Shown piece after piece: positions 27,348-37,271 of a DNA stretch of 64,000 nucleotides. The notes under the pieces were generated by a model, which was not told where the DNA came from, made no database searches, and worked only from the letters and a program-made list of their open reading frames with translations. The DNA is from Candidatus Woesebacteria bacterium (lineage in GTDB: Bacteria > Patescibacteriota > Microgenomatia > UBA8517): assembly GCA_020061305.1 (NCBI GenBank), contig JAGUYM010000014.1, forward strand, positions 117,920-181,919, written 5' to 3'. A program made the translations under genes and the position numbers. Within the stretch, counting starts at the first letter, position 1. Every line of letters starts with the position of its first letter.

Positions 27348-28262
27348 ATGAAAAAAGTTTTGTTAACTTTAATTATTTTTATAATACTGGTATCTATTGG
27401 AGTTTTTTTTATCAAGTTTCAAATGTCTCCAGTTTCAAGCGATAATTTGGTACAGGAGTTTTTAATAACTAAGGGTTCAAGCGTGGCTAAAATTGGTAAA
27501 GATTTAAAAAAGGCGGGTTTAATTAAAAATGACATTGTCTTTAAGTTTTATGTTCAGGCTACAAATTCTCAGACCAAAATTCAGGCGGGTGAATATGAAC
27601 TTTCAAAAAACTTAAGTTTAAATCAAATTGTAGAAATTTTAAAAAAGGGTCCAAAAGAAATTTGGGTAACAATTCCGGAGGGAATGAGGAGGGAGGAAAT
27701 AGCTTTAAAATTTGCATCAAGCTTAGATAAAGATGAAACTTTTGTAAAAGAATTTTTGAAATTAACAGAAGATAAAGAAGGTTATTTATTTCCTGATACA
27801 TATCTTTTCCCAAAAACTGCTTCAGCTTCAAGTATAGTTAAAAAAATGACAGGACTTTTTGATATAAAATTTAAAGATGTAAGTTACAAAGAACTAATTA
27901 TAGCTTCTCTTTTAGAGAGAGAAACATTAACCGATGAAGAAAAGCCTGTTGTTGCAGGAATTCTTTATAAAAGGCTTGAAAATGACTGGCCATTGCAAGT
28001 TGATGCAACCCTTCAGTATATAAAGGGCGATTGGAAACCAGTTTTCCCACAAGATAAAGAATTAAAATCTCCATATAACACTTATAAAAATCTTGGCCTT
28101 CCACCCAGACCAATTTCAAATCCCGGAAGTTCATCAATCAATGCTTCCCAAAATCCTGAAATTTCAGATTATTGGTTTTATATTCATGATACAAAGGGAG
28201 TTATTCATTATGCCAAAACAATCGAAGAACATAATCTTAATATTAGAAGATACTTGAATTAA
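27348..28262 (+). CDS. mltG: endolytic murein transglycosylase MltG (YceG-like)
   Basis: N-terminal TM, LysM-like region, YceG core with catalytic-region motif LQVDATLQY. Confidence 0.75.
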   Translation: MKKVLLTLIIFIILVSIGVFFIKFQMSPVSSDNLVQEFLITKGSSVAKIGKDLKKAGLIKNDIVFKFYVQATNSQTKIQAGEYELSKNLSLNQIVEILKKGPKEIWVTIPEGMRREEIALKFASSLDKDETFVKEFLKLTEDKEGYLFPDTYLFPKTASASSIVKKMTGLFDIKFKDVSYKELIIASLLERETLTDEEKPVVAGILYKRLENDWPLQVDATLQYIKGDWKPVFPQDKELKSPYNTYKNLGLPPRPISNPGSSSINASQNPEISDYWFYIHDTKGVIHYAKTIEEHNLNIRRYLN

Positions 28263-28272
28263 TTTTTTCCTA

Positions 28273-28300
28273 TTGACAGAGTTTGAAAATTGAATATAAT
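28273..28300 (+). promoter_or_regulatory. sigma70-like promoter for rpoBC (TTGACA-16-TATAAT)
   Basis: hexamers at 28273-28278 and 28295-28300; two hairpins follow in the 5' leader (28308-28326; 28328-28341 + U-tract). Confidence 0.55.
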
Positions 28301-28363
28301 CCAGTTTAGGCCTACGATTGTAGGCTCTCCCGTTTTCGGGACTTTTATTTTATCTAAAAATTA

Positions 28364-31300
28364 ATGAAGTCCAAAAGAAGAAATTTCGGCAAAGAGGAAA
28401 GCAATTTACCAAAACTTGATTTGGTTGCTATTCAAAAAGAATCCTGGATTCAATTTTTGGAAAAAGGTATTAAAGAAGAATTGATTTCAATTTCCCCAAT
28501 TGATGATTTTACAGGTAAAAATTGGCAACTTATATTTGGAGATCATTCACTGGGAAGACCCCAAATTACATCTTCATACGCCAAACTTAAGGGTTTGACC
28601 TACTCAGCTCCATTAAAAATTACAGCAACTCTTATAAACAAAAGAACGGGTAAGGAAGTATCTCAAGAGGTCTTTTTGGGTGATCTTCCTCAAATGACCG
28701 ATAGGGGAACATTTATTATAAACGGTATTGAAAGAACCGTAATTAATCAAATCGTCAGATCTCCCGGCGTTTATTTTTCAGGGGAACTCGATCCATCTTC
28801 AGGAAGGATTTTGTATAAAGGTGAAATTAGACCAATGCACGGCACATGGCTTGAGTTTGAAATAACTAGAGGAGACTTGGTTTATGCAAGAATAGATAGA
28901 AGGAAAAAAGTATTGGCGACAGTTCTTCTTAGGGCTTTTGGGATGGAGGATGAAGGGGCAATTTTAGATTTCTTTAAGGAAATTGATAGAGATAAGGATC
29001 ATAAATATATTACTAAAACTCTTGAAAAAGACAACACCAAATCAAGAGACGAAGCCCTTCTGGAAATTTATAGAAAACTAAGACCAGGCGAACCAGTTTT
29101 AGTTGATAATGCCACAACTCTTTTTGAAGGAATGTTTTTGGATAAAAGAAGATACGATTTGGGGGCTGTTGGAAGATATAAAATGAATAAAAGGTTAAAC
29201 AATCAAAATGTTGAAAAAAATGTTACAGTATTAAGTCTTAAAGACATTGTTTCGACGCTTGCATATTTAATTGGGCTCCAAAATGGTGATGGAAGGGTGG
29301 ATGATATAGATCACCTTTCAAATAGAAGATTAAGAAGGGTTGGTGAGTTGGTAAGTATCAATGCTTTTAGAATTGGACTTCTAAGATTAGAAAGAAGCAT
29401 TAAAGAAAAAATGAGCCTGATTTCTCCTGATGATAAGCCACTTCCATCAAATTTAATAAATGCTAGACCTTTGATCTCGTCCCTTAATGAGTTCTTTAGG
29501 AGTAATCAGCTTTCAACAATTTTAGATAATACAAATCCGCTTTCTGAGATTGATAATCTAAGAAGAGTTTCGGTTTTAGGAAGTGGTGGAATAAATAGAG
29601 AAAGGGCATCGTTCTCAATTCGTGATGTTAACTCGTCCCAATATGGAAGAATTGACCCGGTTAAAAGTCCAGAAGGACCAAACATTGGGCTGGTTACTTA
29701 TTTGACACTTTATACAAGAGTAAATGAATTTGGATTTTTGGAAACCCCCTATAGAAAGGTTGAAAAAATAGACAAAAAAGTAAGAGTAACTGATGAGATA
29801 GTTTATTTAACTGCAGAAGATGAAGAAGACTACAATATTTCCCATTCTGGAATAAACATTGATGAAAAAGGGTACATTTTGGATAAAAGGGTGGCCATTA
29901 GAAATAAAGGGAATTTTACTGAAGGACCAGCAGAAACTTTGGATTTTGTAGATGTTACACCCAGACAAATTGTTAGCGCTTCGACTTCCCTAATTCCATT
30001 TTTGGCTCATGATGAAGGAAATAGAGCCCTAATGGGATCAAATATGCAAGGTCAATCTGTTCCTTTGGTTCTCCCTGAATCTCCGGTTGTTGGAACTGGG
30101 ATGGAGGCTGAAGTTGCAAATGCAATGGGCAAAGTCGTTGTGGCCAGAAATTCAGGAATTGTTGAATATGCAGACAATGAGAAAATTATAGTTAAACTTG
30201 ATTCAAAAATTTCGGTAGACCAGTCAACTGAAGATATTGAGGTTATTGATGGTGGTAAAAAAGAATCCTATTTTTTGATCAAATTTGAGAGGACTGCACA
30301 CTCAACTTGCTATAACCAAAGAGTGTTAGTGGTGCCCGGTCAAAAAGTCAATAAAGGGGATGTTTTGGCAGATGGTCCTGCTTGTGAAAACGGGGAGCTT
30401 GCATTAGGAAGAAATTTAGTTGTTGCATATACAACTTATGGAGGATATGGGTTTGAAGATGCAATTTTAATTTCTGATAGATTGGTAAAAGAGGATCTTT
30501 TAACATCGATTCATATTGAAGAATATGATGCAGAAGTGGTGGATACTAAACTTGGACCCGAAGAAAGAACCAAAGATATTCCAAATGTTTCAGAGGCCGA
30601 ACTCGCAAATTTGGCCGATGATGGAATAGTGGTGGTTGGTGCTGAAGTGGGGCCAAATGATATTTTAGTCGGTAAAATTGCCCCGAAGGGTGAAACAGAA
30701 TTAACTGCTGAAGAAAGACTTCTTCGAGCTATTTTTGGTGAAAAAGCAAGAGAAGTAAGGGATACCTCACTTCGAGTTCCGCATGGAGAAAAAGGAATTG
30801 TTGTTGGAGTAAATATTTTAGACAGAAGCAAGGGCGATGAATTGGGCCCGGGTGTGATTGAAAAAATTACCGTTAAAGTGGCCCAGATTCGAAAAATCAC
30901 AGTGGGGGATAAAATTGCGGGAAGGCATGGCAATAAGGGTGTTATTGCAAAAATCATGGCAACAGAAGATATGCCATATATGCCCGACGGAACGCCTGTT
31001 GATATAATTATTTCACCACTTTCAGTCTTGTCCCGTATGAATTTAGGGCAACTATTGGAGGCTCATTTTGGATTGGCTTTAAAACTAAAAGGAGAAAAAG
31101 GAGCATTTCCAGTTTTTGATCATATTGCTGAAGACGATTTAATAAGGGAATTAAAATTAGCTGGTTTATCTGTAAATGGCAAAACAAGACTTACAGACGG
31201 AAGAACAGGCGAACAATTTAAAGAAGACACGGTTGTCGGAATTGGCTATATCCTCAAACTTAAACATATGGTTGAGGATAAAACTCATGCGAGGTCAACT

Positions 31301-31696
31301 GGACCATACTCACTTGTTACACAACAGCCCTTAGGCGGTAAGGCGCAAATGGGTGGACAAAGACTAGGAGAAATGGAAGTATGGGCACTAGAGGCACACA
31401 GAGCCCAACATATTTTACAGGAAATGCTTACTATAAAGTCTGATGATATTGTGGGAAGGGCCAAGGCTTTTGAGGCGATAGTCAAGGGAATCGATATTCC
31501 TCAATCTACCATACCTGAGTCGTTTAAGGTTTTAGTTAGAGAGCTTAATTCTTTGGGGTTAAATATTATACCTAAGGGAGTGGTTCTTGCCAAAAATACC
31601 GATGATGAGGTATTATTCGAAAAAGCTTCGGAAATTGTTGCTGTGGAAAAACCGACTAATGCTGAAGGTCCAATGGAAGTGAAGGTACTAGAATAA
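28364..31696 (+). CDS. rpoB: DNA-directed RNA polymerase subunit beta
   Basis: full-length RpoB conserved blocks (GDKIAGRHGNKGV, etc.). Confidence 0.97.
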   Translation: MKSKRRNFGKEESNLPKLDLVAIQKESWIQFLEKGIKEELISISPIDDFTGKNWQLIFGDHSLGRPQITSSYAKLKGLTYSAPLKITATLINKRTGKEVSQEVFLGDLPQMTDRGTFIINGIERTVINQIVRSPGVYFSGELDPSSGRILYKGEIRPMHGTWLEFEITRGDLVYARIDRRKKVLATVLLRAFGMEDEGAILDFFKEIDRDKDHKYITKTLEKDNTKSRDEALLEIYRKLRPGEPVLVDNATTLFEGMFLDKRRYDLGAVGRYKMNKRLNNQNVEKNVTVLSLKDIVSTLAYLIGLQNGDGRVDDIDHLSNRRLRRVGELVSINAFRIGLLRLERSIKEKMSLISPDDKPLPSNLINARPLISSLNEFFRSNQLSTILDNTNPLSEIDNLRRVSVLGSGGINRERASFSIRDVNSSQYGRIDPVKSPEGPNIGLVTYLTLYTRVNEFGFLETPYRKVEKIDKKVRVTDEIVYLTAEDEEDYNISHSGINIDEKGYILDKRVAIRNKGNFTEGPAETLDFVDVTPRQIVSASTSLIPFLAHDEGNRALMGSNMQGQSVPLVLPESPVVGTGMEAEVANAMGKVVVARNSGIVEYADNEKIIVKLDSKISVDQSTEDIEVIDGGKKESYFLIKFERTAHSTCYNQRVLVVPGQKVNKGDVLADGPACENGELALGRNLVVAYTTYGGYGFEDAILISDRLVKEDLLTSIHIEEYDAEVVDTKLGPEERTKDIPNVSEAELANLADDGIVVVGAEVGPNDILVGKIAPKGETELTAEERLLRAIFGEKAREVRDTSLRVPHGEKGIVVGVNILDRSKGDELGPGVIEKITVKVAQIRKITVGDKIAGRHGNKGVIAKIMATEDMPYMPDGTPVDIIISPLSVLSRMNLGQLLEAHFGLALKLKGEKGAFPVFDHIAEDDLIRELKLAGLSVNGKTRLTDGRTGEQFKEDTVVGIGYILKLKHMVEDKTHARSTGPYSLVTQQPLGGKAQMGGQRLGEMEVWALEAHRAQHILQEMLTIKSDDIVGRAKAFEAIVKGIDIPQSTIPESFKVLVRELNSLGLNIIPKGVVLAKNTDDEVLFEKASEIVAVEKPTNAEGPMEVKVLE

Positions 31697-31700
31697 AATT

Positions 31701-34700
31701 ATGTCAAACAATCAAAACGATCAAATATTAGATTTTAAAAATTTAGAGGATTTTAACTCTTTAGTTATTAGACTTGCATCAAATGATGACATTCGAAAAT
31801 GGAGTAGGGGTGAGATTACAAAACCAGAAACAATAAATTATCGGACACTAAAGTCGGAAAAAGACGGGCTTTTTGATGAAAAGATTTTTGGACCAACAAA
31901 AGATTGGGAGTGTTACTGTGGAAAATACAAAAGAATCAGATATAAAGGGGTAATTTGCGACAAATGTGGAGTTGAGGTCGCACAGTCAAGAGTCAGAAGA
32001 GAAAGAATGGGACATATAAGTTTAGCTTGCCCAGTTGCCCACATTTGGTACTTTAAAGGTGCCCCAAGTAAAATTTCAACCATCTTAGGCGTACCCCCAA
32101 GGTCACTTGAGCAAGTTGTTTATTTTGCTAGGTACCTGGTTTTAAGCGTAGATGAAGACAAAAAGAAAGATGCCATAAAAATATTGGAGAATGCCTTAAA
32201 GGAAAACGAGACTAAGATTAAAGAGGATTTCAAATCAAAAAGAGAAGCATTAAAACAAGAATCTGAAAAAGCAAGAGAAAGAATTGAAGCAAAGGTGAAA
32301 GATAAAGAACAAGCCTCTTTAGCTATTTCAGAAGTTGATTTAACCGCCAGAAAAAAAGAAACACTTTTAAACGAAGAAGAAAATTCAAGTATTTCAAGAA
32401 ATTCAAGGCTTTTTGAGAACTTGACAAGTTTAGTTAAAGGGCTAAAAGTTTTAAGTATTCTCTCAGAAGAAGAATATGATGAACTCTATAATTATGGTGC
32501 ATCTGAATTTTTTGATGCTAAAATGGGAGCTGAGGCGGTTTTGCAAGTCTTAGACAAAGTGAATTTAGATAATCTCTCTTTAGAGTTAAGAAAAGAAATT
32601 GAAGATGTTAAAAATAATTCATTAAAATATTTAAAAGCAGTAAAAAGGTTGAAACTGATTGATGGGATCAGGAAAGCTAAAGTTATTCCATCTTGGATGA
32701 TATTAAAGGTTCTCCCCGTCCTTCCACCCGATCTTCGCCCAATGGTTCAGCTTTCAGGAGGCAGGTTTGCAACATCTGATTTAAATGATCTTTATAGAAG
32801 AGTGATAAATAGAAACAATCGTTTAAAGCATCTGATTGGGCTTGGTGCGCCCGAAATAATACTTCGTAACGAAAAAAGAATGCTTCAGGAAGCCGTCGAT
32901 TCGCTTTTGGATTCGTCTCAAAGAAAAGCAACCAGAAGAGCAAGAGGAAGACAGCCTTTGAGGTCGCTTTCAGACATGTTAAAAGGTAAACAAGGAAGAT
33001 TTAGACAAAATCTGCTAGGAAAAAGAGTTGATTATTCAGGAAGAAGTGTAATTATAGTTGGACCAGAACTTAAACTTAATCAGTGCGGTCTTCCAAAAGA
33101 AATGGCTTTGGAGATGTTTAAGCCATTCGTCTTAAAGGAGATGATTGAAAGAGGAATTGCCCCAAATGTCAAATCGGCTAAAAATATGCTTGATAGAAGA
33201 CCACCTGAAGTGTTTGATATTTTGGAGGAGATTACAAAAGATCATCCTGTTCTTCTAAATCGTGCGCCAACACTTCATAAGCTCTCGATTCAAGCTTTTT
33301 ACCCAATATTAATTGAAGGGCAGGCGATAAGGCTTCATCCTGCAGTTTGCGCTGGCTTTAACGCAGATTTTGACGGAGACCAAATGGCAGTTCATGTTCC
33401 CTTATCCAAAAAAGCTATCGAAGAGGCAAGAAATTTAATGCTTCCAGAAAAGAACCTATTAAGGCCAGCAGACGGTACTCCCGTATCTACTCCCGCCAGT
33501 AAGGAAATGGCCTTGGGAGTTTACTACTTAACATCAATTGACTCAAGAATTGAAGAAAGTAAGACTGTCTATGCAGACAAAAATGAGGCAATTTTGGCTC
33601 ATCAGAGTGGAAAAATTGAATTGAGACAGGAGATAAGCGTATTTGTCGATGGGAAAATAATTAAAACTACGGTTGGAAGGATTTACTTTAATGAAATACT
33701 TCCTGAAAATTTCTCATTTGTCAATGAATCAGCGACATCAAGTGTTATAAAGAAATTATTTAGCCAGGCTTATGCCACATCTACATCGGAGAGGGTGGTT
33801 CAAATGATAGATGATGTTAAGTCAGTAGGGTTTATGGCCGGAACAATTTCTGGAATTTCATTCGGAGTTTTTGATGCACCAATATTGCCTAATAAAAAAG
33901 ATATTTTGAAGAAAGCTGAAGAAAGAATTGCCGAGATTGAGGAAAACTTTAATTTAGGGCTTATTACAACGGAAGAAAAGAAGAGAATGAGTAAGGAGAT
34001 TTGGCTTGAGGTGTCAGATGATTTGGCAGATAAAACATGGGATTTGATGGAGCCCACTAATCCAATTAGAGTAGTAATTGATGCAAAAGTAGGTAGGGCA
34101 TCTCGTGATCAGGTTAAACAGTTATCAGCAATTAGGGGGTTGGTCGTAGATCCTCTTGGAAAAATTGTTGAGCTTCCAATTAAGAGCAACTTTAGGGAGG
34201 GTCTTTCTGTTTTTGAATATGTAACATCATCAAGAGGTTCAAGAAAAGGTTTGACTGATACAGCAATCAAGACGGCAGATGCGGGATATTTAACCAGAAG
34301 ACTTGTTGATGTGTCCCATGATTTAATTATTAGACTTGATGATTGTGGAACTGATAAGTTTATCGAAGTTGTTAAAAGTGAAAGACCATCAAGTTTTAAC
34401 CAAAGAATTACTGGTAGATTTTTGGCAAGTGACATCAAAGATAAAAACAATAAAGTTTTGGCGGTTAATGGAGATTTAATTACTGAAGATTTGGCATCTA
34501 AAATTGAAGAAAATGAAATTGAAACAGTAAAGGTCAGATCACCTTTGACATGTCAGGCTAGATATGGTTTGTGTGCCAAATGTTATGGTTGGGACTTGTC
34601 GACAAAGTCAGTTGTCGAATTGGGGTCACCTGTTGGGGTTGTTGCGGCCCAGTCTATTGGTGAACCTGGAACACAGTTAACACTTAGAACTAAACACGCA

Positions 34701-35429
34701 GCAGGAGCGGTTGGTGTTGATGTCACACAAGGTTTACCTAGAGTTGAAGAATTGGTTGAAGCTAGGACTCCAAAAGTTGTATCTGCAATTTCTGAAATTT
34801 CTGGAAAAGCAATTGTTTCTGAATTAGACGAAGGTTATAAGGTTGTCATTAGGGGGTCAGGTAAAACTAAAGATGAAAAAGAGTATATTGTTGCCAAGAC
34901 TTTAGAGCTTAGAATTAAAGATAATGAAGTTATTGAAGCTGGTACACCCCTTGCTTATGGCCCATTAGATATTAGAGAAGTATTAACAATTCAAGGTCTA
35001 AAAGCAGCTCAAGAGTATTTAGTCGCTGAGCTTCAAAAAGTCTACGAGTCACAAGGAATTGGTATAAATGACAAACATTTTGAAGTGATTGTCAGGAAAA
35101 TGAGTGACGAGGTGAGAATAGTAAGTGCTGGAGATAGCCAGTTTTTGCCAGGCGAGATAACAAGCATTGCCACATTCGAAATTGAGAATGAAAAAATTAT
35201 TGCTGCTGGGGGTGAACCGGCAACGGCGCAAAGAATACTTTTAGGGATAACTAAGAGATCTCTTTATACAGATTCGTGGCTTTCAGCTGCATCGTTTGAA
35301 CAAACAACAGATGTCTTAACAGAAAGCTCACTGCTAGCTAGGGAAGACAAACTAATGGGCCTTAAGGAGAATGTTATAATCGGAAGGCTCATTCCGGTTA
35401 CCCCCGAAAGAGCCAGAATGGATATGTAA
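31701..35429 (+). CDS. rpoC: DNA-directed RNA polymerase subunit beta'
   Basis: zinc-binding CYCGKYKRIRYKGVICDKCG; NADFDGDQMAVH catalytic motif. Confidence 0.97.
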   Translation: MSNNQNDQILDFKNLEDFNSLVIRLASNDDIRKWSRGEITKPETINYRTLKSEKDGLFDEKIFGPTKDWECYCGKYKRIRYKGVICDKCGVEVAQSRVRRERMGHISLACPVAHIWYFKGAPSKISTILGVPPRSLEQVVYFARYLVLSVDEDKKKDAIKILENALKENETKIKEDFKSKREALKQESEKARERIEAKVKDKEQASLAISEVDLTARKKETLLNEEENSSISRNSRLFENLTSLVKGLKVLSILSEEEYDELYNYGASEFFDAKMGAEAVLQVLDKVNLDNLSLELRKEIEDVKNNSLKYLKAVKRLKLIDGIRKAKVIPSWMILKVLPVLPPDLRPMVQLSGGRFATSDLNDLYRRVINRNNRLKHLIGLGAPEIILRNEKRMLQEAVDSLLDSSQRKATRRARGRQPLRSLSDMLKGKQGRFRQNLLGKRVDYSGRSVIIVGPELKLNQCGLPKEMALEMFKPFVLKEMIERGIAPNVKSAKNMLDRRPPEVFDILEEITKDHPVLLNRAPTLHKLSIQAFYPILIEGQAIRLHPAVCAGFNADFDGDQMAVHVPLSKKAIEEARNLMLPEKNLLRPADGTPVSTPASKEMALGVYYLTSIDSRIEESKTVYADKNEAILAHQSGKIELRQEISVFVDGKIIKTTVGRIYFNEILPENFSFVNESATSSVIKKLFSQAYATSTSERVVQMIDDVKSVGFMAGTISGISFGVFDAPILPNKKDILKKAEERIAEIEENFNLGLITTEEKKRMSKEIWLEVSDDLADKTWDLMEPTNPIRVVIDAKVGRASRDQVKQLSAIRGLVVDPLGKIVELPIKSNFREGLSVFEYVTSSRGSRKGLTDTAIKTADAGYLTRRLVDVSHDLIIRLDDCGTDKFIEVVKSERPSSFNQRITGRFLASDIKDKNNKVLAVNGDLITEDLASKIEENEIETVKVRSPLTCQARYGLCAKCYGWDLSTKSVVELGSPVGVVAAQSIGEPGTQLTLRTKHAAGAVGVDVTQGLPRVEELVEARTPKVVSAISEISGKAIVSELDEGYKVVIRGSGKTKDEKEYIVAKTLELRIKDNEVIEAGTPLAYGPLDIREVLTIQGLKAAQEYLVAELQKVYESQGIGINDKHFEVIVRKMSDEVRIVSAGDSQFLPGEITSIATFEIENEKIIAAGGEPATAQRILLGITKRSLYTDSWLSAASFEQTTDVLTESSLLAREDKLMGLKENVIIGRLIPVTPERARMDM

Positions 35430-35432
35430 ACT

Positions 35433-35840
35433 ATGCCAACACCTAATCAATTAATAAAATACGGAAGAAAGTCAGATAAAAAAAAGTCCAAAACTACTTC
35501 ATTAAAAAAGTGGTTTAATGCAAAGGATAGATTTTTTGGAGAAAACCCATCCCCCTTTAAGAGGGGTGTGGTTATAGCTGTTCGAACCATGACACCTAGA
35601 AAACCTAATTCTGCACTTCGAAAAGTTGCAAGGGTTAGACTTTCGAATAAGCAGGAAGTAACGGCCTATATTCCAGGAGAAGGGCATGAACTTGCTGAAC
35701 ATTCCGTAGTTTTGGTTAGAGGTGGAAGGGTTAAAGATTTATCAGGTGTAAAATATACAATAGTTAGAGGCAAACTTGACACAACAGGTGTTGCAGGAAG
35801 AAAAACATCAAGGTCAAGATATGGAGCTAAAAAACAATAA
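35433..35840 (+). CDS. rpsL: 30S ribosomal protein S12 (with ~12-aa N-terminal insertion)
   Basis: [15 protein letters not shown]...[19 protein letters not shown]. Confidence 0.95.
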   Translation: MPTPNQLIKYGRKSDKKKSKTTSLKKWFNAKDRFFGENPSPFKRGVVIAVRTMTPRKPNSALRKVARVRLSNKQEVTAYIPGEGHELAEHSVVLVRGGRVKDLSGVKYTIVRGKLDTTGVAGRKTSRSRYGAKKQ

Positions 35841-35842
35841 AT

Positions 35843-36322
35843 ATGGCAAGAAAAGGAAGAGCAGTTAAAAGAAAAATTGAAAAAGACCCAGTTTATGGAA
35901 GCGTTTTGGTGTCAAGGCTTATAAACAGAAGCATGTATGAGGGTAAAAAATCTGTTGCCCAAAAAGAAGTTTATCGGGCCTTTGAAATAATTAAGACAAA
36001 AACTAATGATGAGCCTCTGTCTGTTTTTGAAAAAGCAGTTGAGACAGTGAAGCCTGAAATGGAAGTTAGAAGTAGAAGAGTTGGGGGTGCCGCTTACCAA
36101 GTACCAACCCAAGTTAGAGGAGATAGAAAGATTTCGCTTGCACTAAGATGGTTGATCACTGCAGCAAGGGCAAGGAGTAATTCAGAATTTCATACATATG
36201 GAGAAAAATTAGCCCAAGAAATTTTAGATGTTCTAAAAGGTGAAGGCGGAGCTATCAAGAAAAAACAAGATGTAGAAAAACAGGCAGAAGCAAATAAAGC
36301 ATTCTCTCACTTCAAATGGTAA
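35843..36322 (+). CDS. rpsG: 30S ribosomal protein S7
   Basis: S7 family sequence throughout. Confidence 0.95.
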   Translation: MARKGRAVKRKIEKDPVYGSVLVSRLINRSMYEGKKSVAQKEVYRAFEIIKTKTNDEPLSVFEKAVETVKPEMEVRSRRVGGAAYQVPTQVRGDRKISLALRWLITAARARSNSEFHTYGEKLAQEILDVLKGEGGAIKKKQDVEKQAEANKAFSHFKW

Positions 36323-36429
36323 ACCTATGGTGCTATGTCTAGCGAACTTCAGGAGAAACTCCAAAGAATACAGAAATTATGTGGAAAAGATAGATCAAAA
36401 AAAGATATGAATTTGAAATTCATTGATTT

Positions 36430-36702
36430 TTATGTGATTGATTTAGCTACATAGTTTTGAAGTAAAATTCCTGACATCAAATATTTATCTGCTAATTCCT
36501 GTTTAATATCTTTAAACTCATTTAATTCAATTAATATGCTTTTTAAATATTGTGGGTAATTATGATCTTTTACTTTTTCAATTGATTTATTTGCTTCATT
36601 TGCGAAAATTAGAGCATTATTAATCGAATTTTTGTGAGTATAATTTGCAATGCGAAACAAATCGTTTGAAATTGCACCTAATAATACTTTAGTATCGCTC
36701 AT
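36430..36702 (-). CDS. hypothetical small helical protein (second gene of an antisense two-gene cassette)
   Basis: 90 aa; 4-nt ATGA overlap with the upstream 113-aa ORF; contains FRIANYTH (an Rx5H pattern); AT-rich relative to flanks. Confidence 0.4.
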   Translation of the reverse strand: MSDTKVLLGAISNDLFRIANYTHKNSINNALIFANEANKSIEKVKDHNYPQYLKSILIELNEFKDIKQELADKYLMSGILLQNYVAKSIT

Positions 36703-37040
36703 GATAAGATTTCTTTAAAAAAATATTCAGTCAATTTTTTATATTTTTCTTTTATTTCTTCACTTTGAATTTCATTTTTAAGATTGTTATCATTTGGGCG
36801 AATATTTATAAAAGAATTAAAATCAATTTCACTAGTTTCTAAATCAATTCCACCGCCCCAAATATTACTTTGTTTTGAACCTTGTTCAAGAAGTATTTTT
36901 TCTCCCTCAAAATGCATGTTCATTCCTGCAATGCAGATTTTATTTTCAATATCTATAACTGTTTTGATATAGACCTTAAACATCTCTTTTAAGCCATCAA
37001 TCTCATTTTTTGTAAACGGCTCAGACTTAGTAATTATCAT
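36699..37040 (-). CDS. hypothetical protein (first gene of the antisense two-gene cassette)
   Basis: 113 aa; TACAAT 6 nt upstream of the ATG suggests a leaderless transcript; QGS-x10-DLE pattern; no recognisable family. Confidence 0.4.
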   Translation of the reverse strand: MIITKSEPFTKNEIDGLKEMFKVYIKTVIDIENKICIAGMNMHFEGEKILLEQGSKQSNIWGGGIDLETSEIDFNSFINIRPNDNNLKNEIQSEEIKEKYKKLTEYFFKEILS

Positions 37041-37271
37041 GGTTAGATTGTAACATAAGTTTCAAGCCTTGAATTCTTCAGAGAAAGAGTAGTATACGAC
37101 TTATTAAGGAACAAGAAAAAGTTTTTGATGAAGACCTTCTTATTGAAAATTACAAAAAATAATCCCATTGAGTCTTGATTAATTTCTTGTTAAAATCATA
37201 TTTACTCCATGTTTTTTGGAGTGTTGTTTTGGACTAGTTCCTAACTCCTAGTTTCTAATTACTATTTTTGT

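Noticed and set aside
30511-30957. 148-aa minus-strand ORF inside rpoB, and similar antisense ORFs inside dnaK, pnp, rpoC, fusA, tuf, ftsK, alaS and others from the ORF track
   Set aside because: They lie entirely within strongly supported conserved genes on the opposite strand, have low-complexity compositions and no start-site context. They are treated as shadow ORFs.
36340-36460. 38-codon ORF (MSSELQEKLQRIQKLCGKDRSKKDMNLKFIDFYVIDLAT) downstream of rpsG
   Set aside because: Too short and uncorroborated. It overlaps the palindrome/terminator-like region.
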